A DNA stretch of 64,000 nucleotides from Meiothermus sp. GTDB lineage: Bacteria > Deinococcota > Deinococci > Deinococcales > Thermaceae. Shown one piece after another: positions 9,540 through 21,259 of this stretch. Position 1 is the first letter of the stretch; each line of letters begins with the position of its first letter. The DNA is taken from the NCBI GenBank assembly GCA_033762915.1, contig JANRLD010000039.1, positions 35,222 through 99,221 of the forward strand. The letters run 5' to 3'. Under the pieces are notes generated by a model. It was given only the letters and a program-made list of their open reading frames with translations. It did no database searches and had not been told where the DNA came from. The translations under genes were made by a program, and so were the position numbers.

Positions 9540-10796
9540 GTGCGTCTATCCCTCCCCCGCTTTATCGAAAAGGCCCTGGCCGGGCTGCCCCGCAACGCCC
9601 GCAACTCCATCCTGGTGGAGCCGATGTGGCTGCTGTTCGGGGTAGTGGTGATCTACTACGCGCCGCTCTACATGACCGGCGTGGGGCTGAGCAGCGCACA
9701 GGTGGGGATCATCGGCTCGATGGGGCTGGCCTTCGCCTTCGTCTTTCAGACCTTTGCCGCCACTATAACCAACCGCATGGGCCGCAAGCGCACCACCCTG
9801 CTGTGGGACCTGGTGGCCTGGACGATGCCGATGTTGGTCTGGGCCTTCTCGCAAAACTTCCTCACCTTCGCGCTGGCCGCACTTCTCAACGCCAGCGGGA
9901 AGATCGTCAATGTCTCCTGGAACCTGCTGGTGATCGAGGACGTTAAGCCCGCCGACCGTGCGCGGGTCTTCGGTATCCTCAACCTGCTGGGGGCCGCCGC
10001 CGGGCTGATGACCCCCGTGGTGGGGCTGCTGATCGAGCAGTATGGGGTGGTGCCGGTGCTGCGGGTCTTCTACTTTCTGGGCGCCATCAGCATGACCACC
10101 ATGTTCTTCCTGCGCAACTCCATCACCGACGAGACCCACAACGGGGCTGCCGCCATGCGCGAGCATCAGGGCATCCACCCCTTCGAGAGCCTCAGGAAGA
10201 ACCTCGAGCAACTCCGCGTGCTGGGCAGCACCAAGGCCCTGCCCTGGCTGGTGGGCTTCTATGCCCTGACCTTCTTCTTGGAGCAGATGAACCTGTTCCA
10301 GGTGCTGTTCTTTAGCCAGACCTTGGGCTTCGGAGCGCTGGCGGTCTCGCTGGTGCCGGTGGCGATGGCGGCGGTCACGCTGCTGCTGCACCGGCTGGTG
10401 CTGCCGCGCCTGGCGGGCCTCTCGGCCGAGCGGGCCTTGGTGATCTCGTGCGCCGTGGCCCTGGCGGGCGCGGTGCTGATCGCGCTGATCCCCAAGGGCA
10501 ACCTGTTCGCCTTGCTGCTGGCGGTCTGCGTGGCCTCGGGGGCCACCTTCCTAATCAAGACCTACCGCGAAACGGTGCTCTTCCACCACCTGCCCACCCA
10601 CGGCACCGCCGACCTCTTCTCGGCGGTACAGGCCCTGACCATGCTGGTCTCGATCCCCGCGGCTGCTCTGGCCGGGGCTATCTTCGCGGTGCAGCCGGTG
10701 GCGCTGTTCGCCCTGATCGCCGTGCTCAACCTGGTGTTGTTGGCCCTATCCTGGATGGTCGCCAGCTTCCAGCAGCAAGCCGTCCGGCCCGCCTGA
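9540..10796 (+). CDS. MFS transporter
   Basis: 12 TM pattern; motif A-like TNRMGRKRT; TAGAAT-6 nt-GTG start. Confidence 0.9.
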   Translation: MRLSLPRFIEKALAGLPRNARNSILVEPMWLLFGVVVIYYAPLYMTGVGLSSAQVGIIGSMGLAFAFVFQTFAATITNRMGRKRTTLLWDLVAWTMPMLVWAFSQNFLTFALAALLNASGKIVNVSWNLLVIEDVKPADRARVFGILNLLGAAAGLMTPVVGLLIEQYGVVPVLRVFYFLGAISMTTMFFLRNSITDETHNGAAAMREHQGIHPFESLRKNLEQLRVLGSTKALPWLVGFYALTFFLEQMNLFQVLFFSQTLGFGALAVSLVPVAMAAVTLLLHRLVLPRLAGLSAERALVISCAVALAGAVLIALIPKGNLFALLLAVCVASGATFLIKTYRETVLFHHLPTHGTADLFSAVQALTMLVSIPAAALAGAIFAVQPVALFALIAVLNLVLLALSWMVASFQQQAVRPA

Positions 10797-11221
10797 CTTC
10801 CCGCTTGAGAAACCCTGCTGGTCACCAAACCCCCCGGCTTATCGGGCCGAGCGCCAACAGGCGCCGGTGTGGTTTGCGTTTTTCGCACCACCCGACCGCG
10901 ACCAAGGGCCAACCGCCCACGCAATGCTGCCGAGAAGACGGCCGCCCCTGGCTCGACAAGACCCGACCTGCCGGGCACAGGTGGCAGCCGCGACTCGAGG
11001 CTCAAATGTGTGCATAGTTGAACTGCCACCTGCCACCCGCCAACTCCCGAAGTTGCGCCGGGCAAGTCTCTACCGCTTCCGCCGATTCAAAACCCTCACC
11101 CTTGAGAACCACGAAAAACCCCCCACCGTGCCGCAGGGGTGGGGCCGCCGGAACCAACTCCTGGGCCACCGCGGGTCAGGTGAAGCGCCAGACCTGTGGC
11201 GCTGAACCTGCGGCGTGCTCC

Positions 11222-13568
<2,347 letters not shown>

Positions 13569-13825
13569 ACCGTTTACTGTGGCCCCAGGGTGCGGGGCTG
13601 GAAACCATCTTAGGTTTCACCGCAGGGGGCGTCAAGCGTGGGCTTCGCGCTTCTGCTCAGGCCGGTGGCGGACGCGGCCCGTGGGTGGGCCAGGGGTGCG
13701 TGAGCGTTTAGCCCCGACCATACTCGAGCCTCGCGCCGGGTCAACCGCCTCACCGCACAGGCTCATCAACCAGCGCTATACTCACTCCACACCGTCTCCA
13801 TCCATCGCCCCCGCTCAGGTGGAAG

Positions 13826-14191
13826 ATGAACCGGCCCCTTTTGCTCGGCGTACTGGTAGTCCTCGCCTCAGGTGCGGCGGGCTGGGGCTGGTTGCACCAC
13901 CAGCGCACGGCTACGGAGTCCGCGCTGGTGGCCCCGGTGGGCCAGAGCCAGGAGGAAAAGTTCGAGGAGTTTAAGCAGCTTTGTGAGTACTACCTGCGGG
14001 AGGAATTCAAGCTGCCCGAGGCGGCACCCTTTCCCGAGCTGAGCGAGCGCGAGGTGCGGCTGCTCTCCTCGGGCTACCACACCTTTTTCGAACTCCCCAT
14101 CACCGACGCCAGTGGGAAGACCCACATTGCTCAAGTGGGCTGCGAGATGAACGGCTGGGCGGATCGCTTCGTGATCTCGACCTACTACTGA
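13826..14191 (+). CDS. Hypothetical membrane-anchored/secreted protein (121 aa)
   Basis: N-terminal hydrophobic segment, two Cys. Confidence 0.65.
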   Translation: MNRPLLLGVLVVLASGAAGWGWLHHQRTATESALVAPVGQSQEEKFEEFKQLCEYYLREEFKLPEAAPFPELSEREVRLLSSGYHTFFELPITDASGKTHIAQVGCEMNGWADRFVISTYY

Positions 14192-14196
14192 CAGGC

Positions 14197-14248
14197 TTCC
14201 CACGAATACCCCGCACATGGGTTTCTGCCTCTTAGGTATTCGTGAGAA
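14197..14248. repeat. Palindromic repeat family C
   Basis: TTCCCACGAATACC...GGTATTCGTGAGAA; related to 20101 and 44210. Confidence 0.7.
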
Positions 14249-14349
14249 CGGCTGTCGCCTTGCCCCGTTGAAAGCCCTAGCGCAATTCACTGTGCGTTTC
14301 GTGACAGAGTGCCGCAGTGTACCCGGCACGGCAAACACCGCCCGTACTG

Positions 14350-14476
14350 AGAGCGGTTCCCACACATACTCCCTACGGCGCTAAAGTGTGCGGTTTTTGC
14401 TGAAGGGAGTACATTACCTGCCACCGCGCGGGAGGTAAGGGTGGGAAACGCAATGAGCGTTCGCGGGAACCGCTCT
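14350..14476. repeat. MITE-like repeat family B with terminal inverted repeats
   Basis: AGAGCGGTTCCC ... GGGAACCGCTCT ends; internal TACTCCCTACGGCGCTAAAG shared with 17318 and (degenerate) 45154. Confidence 0.75.
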
Positions 14477-14523
14477 TGGGTCGACTATGCGAAAACGCCG
14501 CCGCTTCTATATCCTTATAACTG

Positions 14524-16821
14524 ATGCAACACACATGTACTCAATTCGGATTCACCGAGCAGCCCCCACCGGTCAAGGTCTTGCTGGGTTCGGCTCACTG
14601 GGCGCAGCAGTACCTCGAGCACCTCCCGACCCCCTTGCTGGTCCTTCGGTTGCAGCCCTCCGACTGCGCAGACCCCATCGCGCTAGGCAATCGCCTTTCC
14701 GAAGCCGTTGAGGCCGCCTACGGGAGCCCCCTGTTCGGTAGGGGCATGAGCTTCGAGTACGGGCTGCGGGTTATAAACCGGCACCGCGACCTCCTCGAGC
14801 CCTTCAAATTCCTGGTCTTACACAGCGACGTGGCCCCAGGTCTGGTCGAAGCCCTGGTTCGGCAATTCCCCCACGCGGTCTGGCTTCACCTGGATCACCT
14901 TCCACCCGACCTGCTTTCGCCCAACCAGGCCCAGATCATTCGGGAGCCCCTGATGGACTTCTTGGCCCCGCCTGTTCAAGAGGGTGGGGATAGTTGCGTC
15001 AACCTCGAGCTGCTCCTCCACTGCAGCATCGGGAAGGCCCAGTGGGGCCGGGCCCTGGACCTGCTGATCTGCCTCGCCCCCCCTACGTTTGTAGATCAGC
15101 TCGAGCCCATCGCCTCCAAACTGATCGAACAGGGGGAGTACCGCAAGCTCTACCAAGCCCTCAGAACCCTTCCCCGCGCCGCCGAAGACCCCCGCCTCCT
15201 GCGCTGGCTCCTTGAAGCCGCCCTGCCTTTGGGAGAGCAGTACCACTGGCTGGACGCTTTGGAGAAGGCGCTCGAGCACAACCCACCTCCAGAGCTGAGG
15301 GCGGTCTCACTGGAGGTCTTCTTCTATACGGGCCGGCCCGAAATTGCCCTCGCGCAAACCCGCCGAGCGGCAAAGGAGGCCCCCACCCCGTTCACCCTCT
15401 ATCAACTGGGCCGTGCACTCCAAACCTCCAGTCCGCAGGCCTCCCTGGCCCAGCTCAAGCACGCCCTCCGGCTGGCAGAGCAGAGGGACGACGCGTTCAA
15501 CACCACCCGCATCTGTCTGGCCCTAGCCCAAACCCACACCCAACTGGGTGAGTTCGCCGCCGCCGAAACCTGGGCTGAGCAGGGTTTGCGCTGGATACAC
15601 CAGAAGTCCTCGAGTAACACCCTGCTGCAGCTGCAACTCTTCAACGAGCTGGCCTACGTCCGAACCTTGCTGGGCGAGACCCTGGGCCTGGAGGAACAAC
15701 TCCGGCGGGAGATCGGCCACCTCCTGGGCGTATCCCCCTCCTGGGCGCGGCTATTGCGCTCGACCCTGGGCGAGCTGTTAATCGCTGAGGGGCGGAGCGA
15801 AGAGGCCCGCCAGATCTTCGCGGATATCTGGCAGGAGATAGATCGGCGGGAGATGTATAACCGCTACTGCGACGGCTACGTTCGAGCCCTGCTGGAGTGC
15901 GGCGAGCTCGAGGCTGCCCAGCGGATCGCTGTGCAAGCCCACCGCCTAACCGAAGACCTTCCGCCCCTGTACCGCCGGGGCGTCCGTCTGGCCTTGGCGA
16001 TGGTGGTTAGCCTGAGCGAGCCCTTCAAGGGATTGGAAATGCTCGAGGATTCCCTCGAGGAAATGCGGGGGCAGATAGGCCATCAGCACCTTCGCGCCAT
16101 CCTCTACAAGCTGCGGGCCTTGGACACAGTGGGTAACTATCCCAAGGCCCAAGCGCTGTTCGAGCAATACCGGCTTCAGCTTCAGGCCCTAGGTCTGAGT
16201 GGGCTTCGCCTGCTCGGCGGCCCCGAGGAGTGGTTCTCGAACGTCTTGCGCACGGTTTCGGGCAAGGAGGTGCCGCTAGAGATGTGGTTCTTGGGTCGAA
16301 TCAGTGCCCGCTGGGAGGGCCAACCCCTAGAACTCCGGCAGCGGCTGGCCGACTACCTGGCCACCTTGGTGCTTTCGCCGGAGGGGGTCAGCCTGGACAA
16401 ACTGGCCACCGAGGTCTACGCGGATGCCGCCAACACCAACACCACCAAAGCTCAGATCGCCCAGCTGAAAAAACTGATCCCCATCGAGGCCACCCCCTAC
16501 CGGCTGAGCACCCCGTTCTGGGCCGACTTTATGGAGTTGCGCCAGCTCATCAAGTCCGGCCGCGTGCGAGAGTCGTTGCGTCTTTACAGGGGGCCGCTGC
16601 TCCCCGAGTCCAAAGCCAAGAACATCGAGAACGAGCGCTGGTATTTGCAGGAGATGCTGCGGGCGGCCGTGCTGCTGTCCGGCGATGCAGAGTGCTTGTG
16701 GGTCATGTCCAACCTCATCCGGGACGACCTCGAGCTCTGGGAGATGACCCTCGTGGTACTCCAGCCGGGCGATTACCGGAAAATCCTGGCCCAGGGGTAT
16801 GTGCGTAATTTGAGCGCCTGA
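14524..16821 (+). CDS. TPR-rich putative transcriptional regulator with C-terminal wHTH/BTAD-like region
   Basis: Central helical repeats (LYQLGRAL, LALAQTHTQLGEFAAAETWA, LGELLIAEGRSEEARQIF); C-terminus FLGRISARWEG...PEGVSLDKLATEVY...PYRL...ADF...LYRGPLLPES resembles SARP/BTAD-type activators. Confidence 0.75.
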   Translation: MQHTCTQFGFTEQPPPVKVLLGSAHWAQQYLEHLPTPLLVLRLQPSDCADPIALGNRLSEAVEAAYGSPLFGRGMSFEYGLRVINRHRDLLEPFKFLVLHSDVAPGLVEALVRQFPHAVWLHLDHLPPDLLSPNQAQIIREPLMDFLAPPVQEGGDSCVNLELLLHCSIGKAQWGRALDLLICLAPPTFVDQLEPIASKLIEQGEYRKLYQALRTLPRAAEDPRLLRWLLEAALPLGEQYHWLDALEKALEHNPPPELRAVSLEVFFYTGRPEIALAQTRRAAKEAPTPFTLYQLGRALQTSSPQASLAQLKHALRLAEQRDDAFNTTRICLALAQTHTQLGEFAAAETWAEQGLRWIHQKSSSNTLLQLQLFNELAYVRTLLGETLGLEEQLRREIGHLLGVSPSWARLLRSTLGELLIAEGRSEEARQIFADIWQEIDRREMYNRYCDGYVRALLECGELEAAQRIAVQAHRLTEDLPPLYRRGVRLALAMVVSLSEPFKGLEMLEDSLEEMRGQIGHQHLRAILYKLRALDTVGNYPKAQALFEQYRLQLQALGLSGLRLLGGPEEWFSNVLRTVSGKEVPLEMWFLGRISARWEGQPLELRQRLADYLATLVLSPEGVSLDKLATEVYADAANTNTTKAQIAQLKKLIPIEATPYRLSTPFWADFMELRQLIKSGRVRESLRLYRGPLLPESKAKNIENERWYLQEMLRAAVLLSGDAECLWVMSNLIRDDLELWEMTLVVLQPGDYRKILAQGYVRNLSA

Positions 16822-16935
16822 GCTGTACACGAGGTGTAGCCTTTCTGGGGCTTGCTCCATACCTGCGGTACGGGTTGAGAAAGGCAGAAACGACCGGCCG
16901 TGATCGAGGGCGAAGTCGGCTTCGGGGACAAAACC

Positions 16936-16960
16936 AAAAACAGCGCCGAATTCGGCGCTG
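16936..16960 (-). terminator. Intrinsic terminator of the small peptide gene
   Basis: Perfect palindrome CAGCGCCGAATTCGGCGCTG followed by TTTTT on the minus strand. Confidence 0.8.
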
Positions 16961-17002
16961 CCCTAGAGAGACTTGGCTATGGAGCAGTCGGGTAGAGACT
17001 GC

Positions 17003-17092
17003 TTACCAAGGACCACTACCCAGCCCGCCACTGCCTGCCAAAGCCAGACCCGCCAAAGCCAGCAAAACCACTGCGCCGAGGAGTTTTTTCAT
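17003..17092 (-). CDS. 29-aa secreted propeptide MKKLLGAVVLLALAGLALAGSGGLGSGPW (candidate signalling peptide)
   Basis: GGAGGT RBS 5 nt before ATG; Sec signal peptide ending in ALA; downstream terminator; too short for the ORF track. Confidence 0.85.
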   Translation of the reverse strand: MKKLLGAVVLLALAGLALAGSGGLGSGPW

Positions 17093-17109
17093 GGTTAACC
17101 TCCACGGGG

Positions 17110-17224
17110 AGATTACGAAACGCGAGGGTTGCTTTTAGACTGCCCCGGATTGCCGGAGGTTTAATTTCGGTTTAAATCCAAAAGACTTAATCGTTCCAGA
17201 GGCGTTTGCAAGTGGTTTAAACCA
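17110..17224 (-). promoter_or_regulatory. Putative activator-dependent promoter of the peptide gene
   Basis: -10-like TAATCT (17110-17115) with no good -35; GGTTTAA at 17158 and 17169 (11-bp spacing); palindrome TGGTTTAAACCA at 17213-17224. Confidence 0.55.
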
Positions 17225-17317
17225 ACTCAACCCCACAGACCCGATCCTTTCACAGGACCTTCCACGGGGCTCTTTGTGCTGCACAGGGTCGGCCCCAGCC
17301 CGCTCAGGGCGAAGCCT

Positions 17318-17645
17318 CAGAGCGGCTCCCACGCCTACTCCCTACGGCGCTAAAGCGGGCTGTTTTTGCTGTAGAGCGGTTGCCACGAACACTCAGTACG
17401 GCGGTTTTTGCCGTACCGAGTGCACTACTCCGCTGATTCTGTTGGCGAAGTCGGGGTGCAACTCGAGAAGTCGTGTCTTCATCGGTATCTCAATCCTCGC
17501 TTTATCGCCCAGATTTGGAGTTCGCCAACAGAATCTCCGCTATAGCGCACGCTTTAGCGCCGCAGCGTGGGCAGAGTAGTGGTGGGAAACGCGATAGGGA
17601 GTACATTACCTCCCGCCTCGAGGGAGGTAATGGTGGAAAACACGA
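17318..17645. repeat. Composite/nested copies of repeat family B
   Basis: GAGCGGCTCCCACGCCTACTCCCTACGGCGCTAAAG, GCGGTTTTTGCCGTACCGAGTGCA and GGGAGTACATTACC...GGAGGTAA blocks shared with 14350 and 45154. Confidence 0.75.
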
Positions 17646-17712
17646 TCAGTCCTCGAGGGCTCGAAATGCGTTTGGTCCGACAGCCTGCGGTGCCACCGGC
17701 GTTAGTGTGCGT

Positions 17713-17797
17713 TGGTGCGCGGAGGGGGACTTGAACCCCCACACCTTGCGGCACAAGATCCTAAGTCTTGCGTGTCTACCAATTCCACCATCCGCGC
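17713..17797 (-). tRNA. tRNA-Leu (anticodon TAG)
   Basis: Cloverleaf GCGCGGATGGTGGAATTGGTAGACACG...CTTAGGA loop...GGTTCAAGTCC...GCGCACCA with long variable arm. Confidence 0.97.
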
Positions 17798-18082
17798 AGA
17801 TGGGCAAAAGTGAGTGTACAGTAGAGATTCCCGCCTTGCAACCCGTCGTGCGGGCGCAAATCCGGGGATTGTCGCCGGCCGTAGGGTGGTCCTGTCTAGG
17901 GGTCTGGCCCCGGGCTTATGGCGATCATTCAAGGTAACCGACCTGCGGCCTTCGGCTCCTGCCCACGGCCTCCCGCCCTTTTTGGAAAAGCCTCGAGGCT
18001 GTAGACTTGGGGTCGCGCCTTAGAGCGTAAAGGCAAACACGGAAACTCATTCTGATTTGCCGTAGACTACCTAACTTGTGGA

Positions 18083-18352
18083 GTGCGGTCGCTAATGTTC
18101 AGACAGTTCCTGATGGGCGGGGTTCGCGTCTACCGGCGGTTTGTTTCGCCGCTGAAGCCGCCCACCTGCCGTTTCTATCCCACTTGCAGCCACTACGCCC
18201 TCGAGGCTCTCGAGCGGCACGGCGCCTGGTGGGGGATGTACCTGAGCGCGCGCCGCATCCTGAAGTGTCACCCCTTCCACCCCGGCGGCCTGGACTATGT
18301 TCCGCAAGAGCGCCCCAGGGTGCGCTGGAACCCGATGGACACGGTGAAGTAG
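18083..18352 (+). CDS. yidD: Membrane protein insertion efficiency factor
   Basis: [14 protein letters not shown]...RILKCHPF motif; upstream of yidC. Confidence 0.95.
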   Translation: MRSLMFRQFLMGGVRVYRRFVSPLKPPTCRFYPTCSHYALEALERHGAWWGMYLSARRILKCHPFHPGGLDYVPQERPRVRWNPMDTVK

Positions 18353-18369
18353 CGGTATCTGGAGGATGA

Positions 18370-19830
18370 ATGAGAAAGTGGTTTTGGTTGGTGGTTCTGG
18401 CTTTTTCACTAAGCCCTGCCTTCGCGCTCAACCCCGAGTGGCGTCAGGTGGACGTGAACGGGGACAACGTGCAGGAGCGGGTGGCCGTCACCAACCTGGC
18501 GGACATCGCCTTCGACGAGAATACCGGCCAGATCGTGGCCTGGTACATCAAAATTCAGCGGGCCAGGGACTTCCGGGGCAACTACGTCAATCAGCCCAAC
18601 CTGGTGCGCTCCACCCCGCCCGCCCAGGGCGCCCCCAACCCGCCGCGCTTCGTGCCGGTTCCGGTGGGCGTGCTCTCTGGCTTTACCCCCCAGAGCGCCG
18701 AGTTCAGCGGCGGCAACCCATCCGCCCCCGACTACAACCGCGACGGCGATCTGGTGGCCCGCTTCACCCAGGGCGAGACCAGCCTCACCTACAAGATTCA
18801 CCCCCGCTTCCTGACCATCGATGTGAGCGTGCAAAGCCCCACCCCCCGCACCCTTAGCTGGTCGGGCCTGGGCGCAGGCAGCCGCACCATCCCCAAGCTC
18901 CTGACCAGCGGCAACAGCCAGCCCCAGGAGAACGGCTCGGGGGTGGCCTCTTACGCCGCGCTGCACAACCCGGTGGCAGGCTTCTCCTTCGTGCCGGGCG
19001 GCAGCTATGCCTTCGTGGTGCGCCCTGATCGCCCCACCCAAATCAGCCTGAACACCGTCAACGGGCTGAGCGCCATCGAGATCGCGGTGCCCGCCGGCGG
19101 CTTCAACACCAGGGTCTACGGCGGCTTTTACGAGCTGGTGCGCCTGCACGTGGAGGGCTTTTACGGCAGCTTGCCGGGGCTGTTCAATCCCAACATCTGG
19201 GGACAGGTATCGCTGGGGCTGATCTGGGTACTCGAGCAGACCTATCGCCTGGTGGGTAACAGCTGGATTCTGGCCATTGTGGTGGTCACGTTGCTGCTGC
19301 GCCTGTTGATGTGGCCCCTGATGCACCGGCAGTACAAGAGCATGGCCGAGATGCAGAAGATTCAGCCCATCGTCAAGAAGATTCAGGAGAAGTACAAGGA
19401 CGACCGGCAGAAGCAGCAAGAAGAGATGATGAAGGTCTACCAGGAGCACAAGATCAACCCCCTGGGTGGCTGCTTCCCGCTCCTGCTCCAGATGCCGATC
19501 CTCTTCCTGATCTACAAGATCATGGTGGGCTACGAGTTCGGCCAGGGCTTCCTCTGGATCCGCGATCTGGCCCTGCCCGACCCCATCTACATCCTGCCGG
19601 TGATCTATATCCTGGTGCTGCTGGGCTCGACCTGGCTCTCGGCGGCGGGCAACCCCGAGGCGCTGCGCCAGGGTATCATCATCAATCTGGTCTTCGCCTT
19701 CCTGCTGTTCAGCTTCCCGGCGGGCGTGACCATCTACTGGGTGCTTTCCACCGCCATCAGCCTGGGCCAGCAGTGGCTGATCAACAAGTCGCTGGGTCTG
19801 CCGCTCTCGCCCGCCAAGGCGGCAAAGTAA
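18370..19830 (+). CDS. yidC: Membrane protein insertase
   Basis: QYKSMAEMQKIQP, INPLGGCFPLLLQMPI, DLALPDP, PAGVTIYW motifs. Confidence 0.95.
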   Translation: MRKWFWLVVLAFSLSPAFALNPEWRQVDVNGDNVQERVAVTNLADIAFDENTGQIVAWYIKIQRARDFRGNYVNQPNLVRSTPPAQGAPNPPRFVPVPVGVLSGFTPQSAEFSGGNPSAPDYNRDGDLVARFTQGETSLTYKIHPRFLTIDVSVQSPTPRTLSWSGLGAGSRTIPKLLTSGNSQPQENGSGVASYAALHNPVAGFSFVPGGSYAFVVRPDRPTQISLNTVNGLSAIEIAVPAGGFNTRVYGGFYELVRLHVEGFYGSLPGLFNPNIWGQVSLGLIWVLEQTYRLVGNSWILAIVVVTLLLRLLMWPLMHRQYKSMAEMQKIQPIVKKIQEKYKDDRQKQQEEMMKVYQEHKINPLGGCFPLLLQMPILFLIYKIMVGYEFGQGFLWIRDLALPDPIYILPVIYILVLLGSTWLSAAGNPEALRQGIIINLVFAFLLFSFPAGVTIYWVLSTAISLGQQWLINKSLGLPLSPAKAAK

Positions 19831-19855
19831 GACCACCCGTGCCGCAAGCCATCTG

Positions 19856-19886
19856 ATCCCCTCCCGTGTAGGGAGGGGATATTTAT
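19856..19886 (+). terminator. Hairpin terminator after yidC
   Basis: ATCCCCTCCC-gtgta-GGGAGGGGAT followed by an AT-rich tail. Confidence 0.6.
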
Positions 19887-19944
19887 GTGCTTTGTACAGT
19901 TAAACCGCAGGATGCCGCCCCGAAAAGCCCGTAGAGATTTGGGC

Positions 19945-19990
19945 CCCGGGTAGCCGCTCCGCGGCTATGGCGCAAGCCACTCTGCCCAGG
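19945..19990 (-). repeat. Partial repeat family A copy
   Basis: GGGTAGCCGCTCCGCGGCTATGGCGCAAGCCACTCTGCCCAGG. Confidence 0.8.
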
Positions 19991-20100
19991 AAGGCAACGG
20001 TTGCCCCCTCTGATCTCGCACACCCTAGCGCGGTCGGGCCAGGATCTTTGCACATCCGGCACAAGCGGAAGCGCAATGCTCTGGGGTGTCGGCGGCTTCT

Positions 20101-20140
20101 ACGAATACCCCGCACGCATAGGCCCGGATGTGCGGGGTTC
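20101..20140. repeat. Repeat family C copy
   Basis: ACGAATACCCCGCAC...GTGCGGGGT. Confidence 0.7.
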
Positions 20141-20427
20141 ATTGCGCCCGCCTTATCGCAATATTGCGTGAGCCGTAAATCGGAACCGCTGCAAACACCG
20201 GTGCAAACGCTGGCAAACTTGCCCGCTGGCATTTCGGGGAGCCGCGCACTTCTCGATATCGGACCGGTGTTTGCACGGGCACTTCTGTCGTCGGAGGGTA
20301 CTCCTCGGAGTGAGCGGACTGCCGCAGGGGTTGTTGACAACCCCGGAACTCCACTTTTTTGACGGGATAGGGGGCTTTTGGGCTTTTTGCAGCCAAGTCA
20401 AGGTAAGCTATACTCGAGCGACTGGCT

Positions 20428-21048
20428 ATGGAAGACAAGAAGCGTGGACTGGATGACCTGCTGACCGACCTGGGCATCGGCGAGAACGAGGCCGCCCCGG
20501 AGGTCAAACTCAAGGAGGAGAGCGCCACCCCCGTGGTGGCTGCCCCCTCGCCCCCCCTGCACCAAGACCCCAAGAGCGCCCTCGAGCACTTCATGGTGGG
20601 ACTGCTGCTGCGCCTCGACCCGGCCCACTCGGTGGACATTCGCCAGGACGGTGACGTGTTCAGGGCCGAAATCCTGGGTGGCGACTCGGGTAGGGTGATT
20701 GGGCGCGAGGGCAAGACCCTGCAGAGCCTCGAGTTCATCGCCAACGTGGCGATGGCCAAGCAATTCGGTTCGCAGTACCGGGTGGTCTTGGACGCCGCCG
20801 GTTACCGCCGCCGCAACGAGGATCGCATTAAGCGCATGGCCGACGACGCGGTGCTCCAGGTCGAGGTCAGCGGCCAGCCGGTCGAACTGCCCCCGATGCG
20901 CTCTTCCGAGCGCCGGATGATCCACGTGATGCTCAAGCAGCACCCCAAGGTGACCACCACCTCCGAGGGAGAGGGCGATGAACGGCACGTGATCGTGCTG
21001 CCTCGAGACCCCAACAACCCGCCCTCCGCTAGCGACGAGGCGGAATAG
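20428..21048 (+). CDS. jag: Jag/KhpB RNA-binding protein (KH + R3H)
   Basis: GRVIGREGKTLQSLE KH motif; ERRMIH R3H motif; follows yidC. Confidence 0.9.
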   Translation: MEDKKRGLDDLLTDLGIGENEAAPEVKLKEESATPVVAAPSPPLHQDPKSALEHFMVGLLLRLDPAHSVDIRQDGDVFRAEILGGDSGRVIGREGKTLQSLEFIANVAMAKQFGSQYRVVLDAAGYRRRNEDRIKRMADDAVLQVEVSGQPVELPPMRSSERRMIHVMLKQHPKVTTTSEGEGDERHVIVLPRDPNNPPSASDEAE

Positions 21049-21063
21049 AACCGCGCCGACGGT

Positions 21064-21097
21064 GCCTCCTCTGCGCTGGGCGCGGGGGAGGCTTTTT
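21064..21097 (+). terminator. Intrinsic terminator after jag
   Basis: GC-rich hairpin followed by TTTTT. Confidence 0.7.
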
Positions 21098-21259
21098 GTA
21101 GGCAGCAAGGAGGAACGAGAGACCGCCGAGTTCCAGCATTGCCCGCTCCTTGCACCTTGCTTTCTGCTCCGGCTCACCCTTAATTCACCGGCCGTCACGG
21201 TCACAAAACCCAGAGCGTTGGGTGCTTTGGCTGTATGTTTATCTGGATTGAAGGGCCGC

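Noticed and set aside
14350..17645. CGGTTCCCAC-type repeats as a CRISPR array
   Set aside because: No regular repeat-spacer periodicity, copies are inverted and dispersed, and there are no cas genes
13600..17712. att-site duplication of the tRNA-Leu 3' end
   Set aside because: No second copy found by eye and no integrase present
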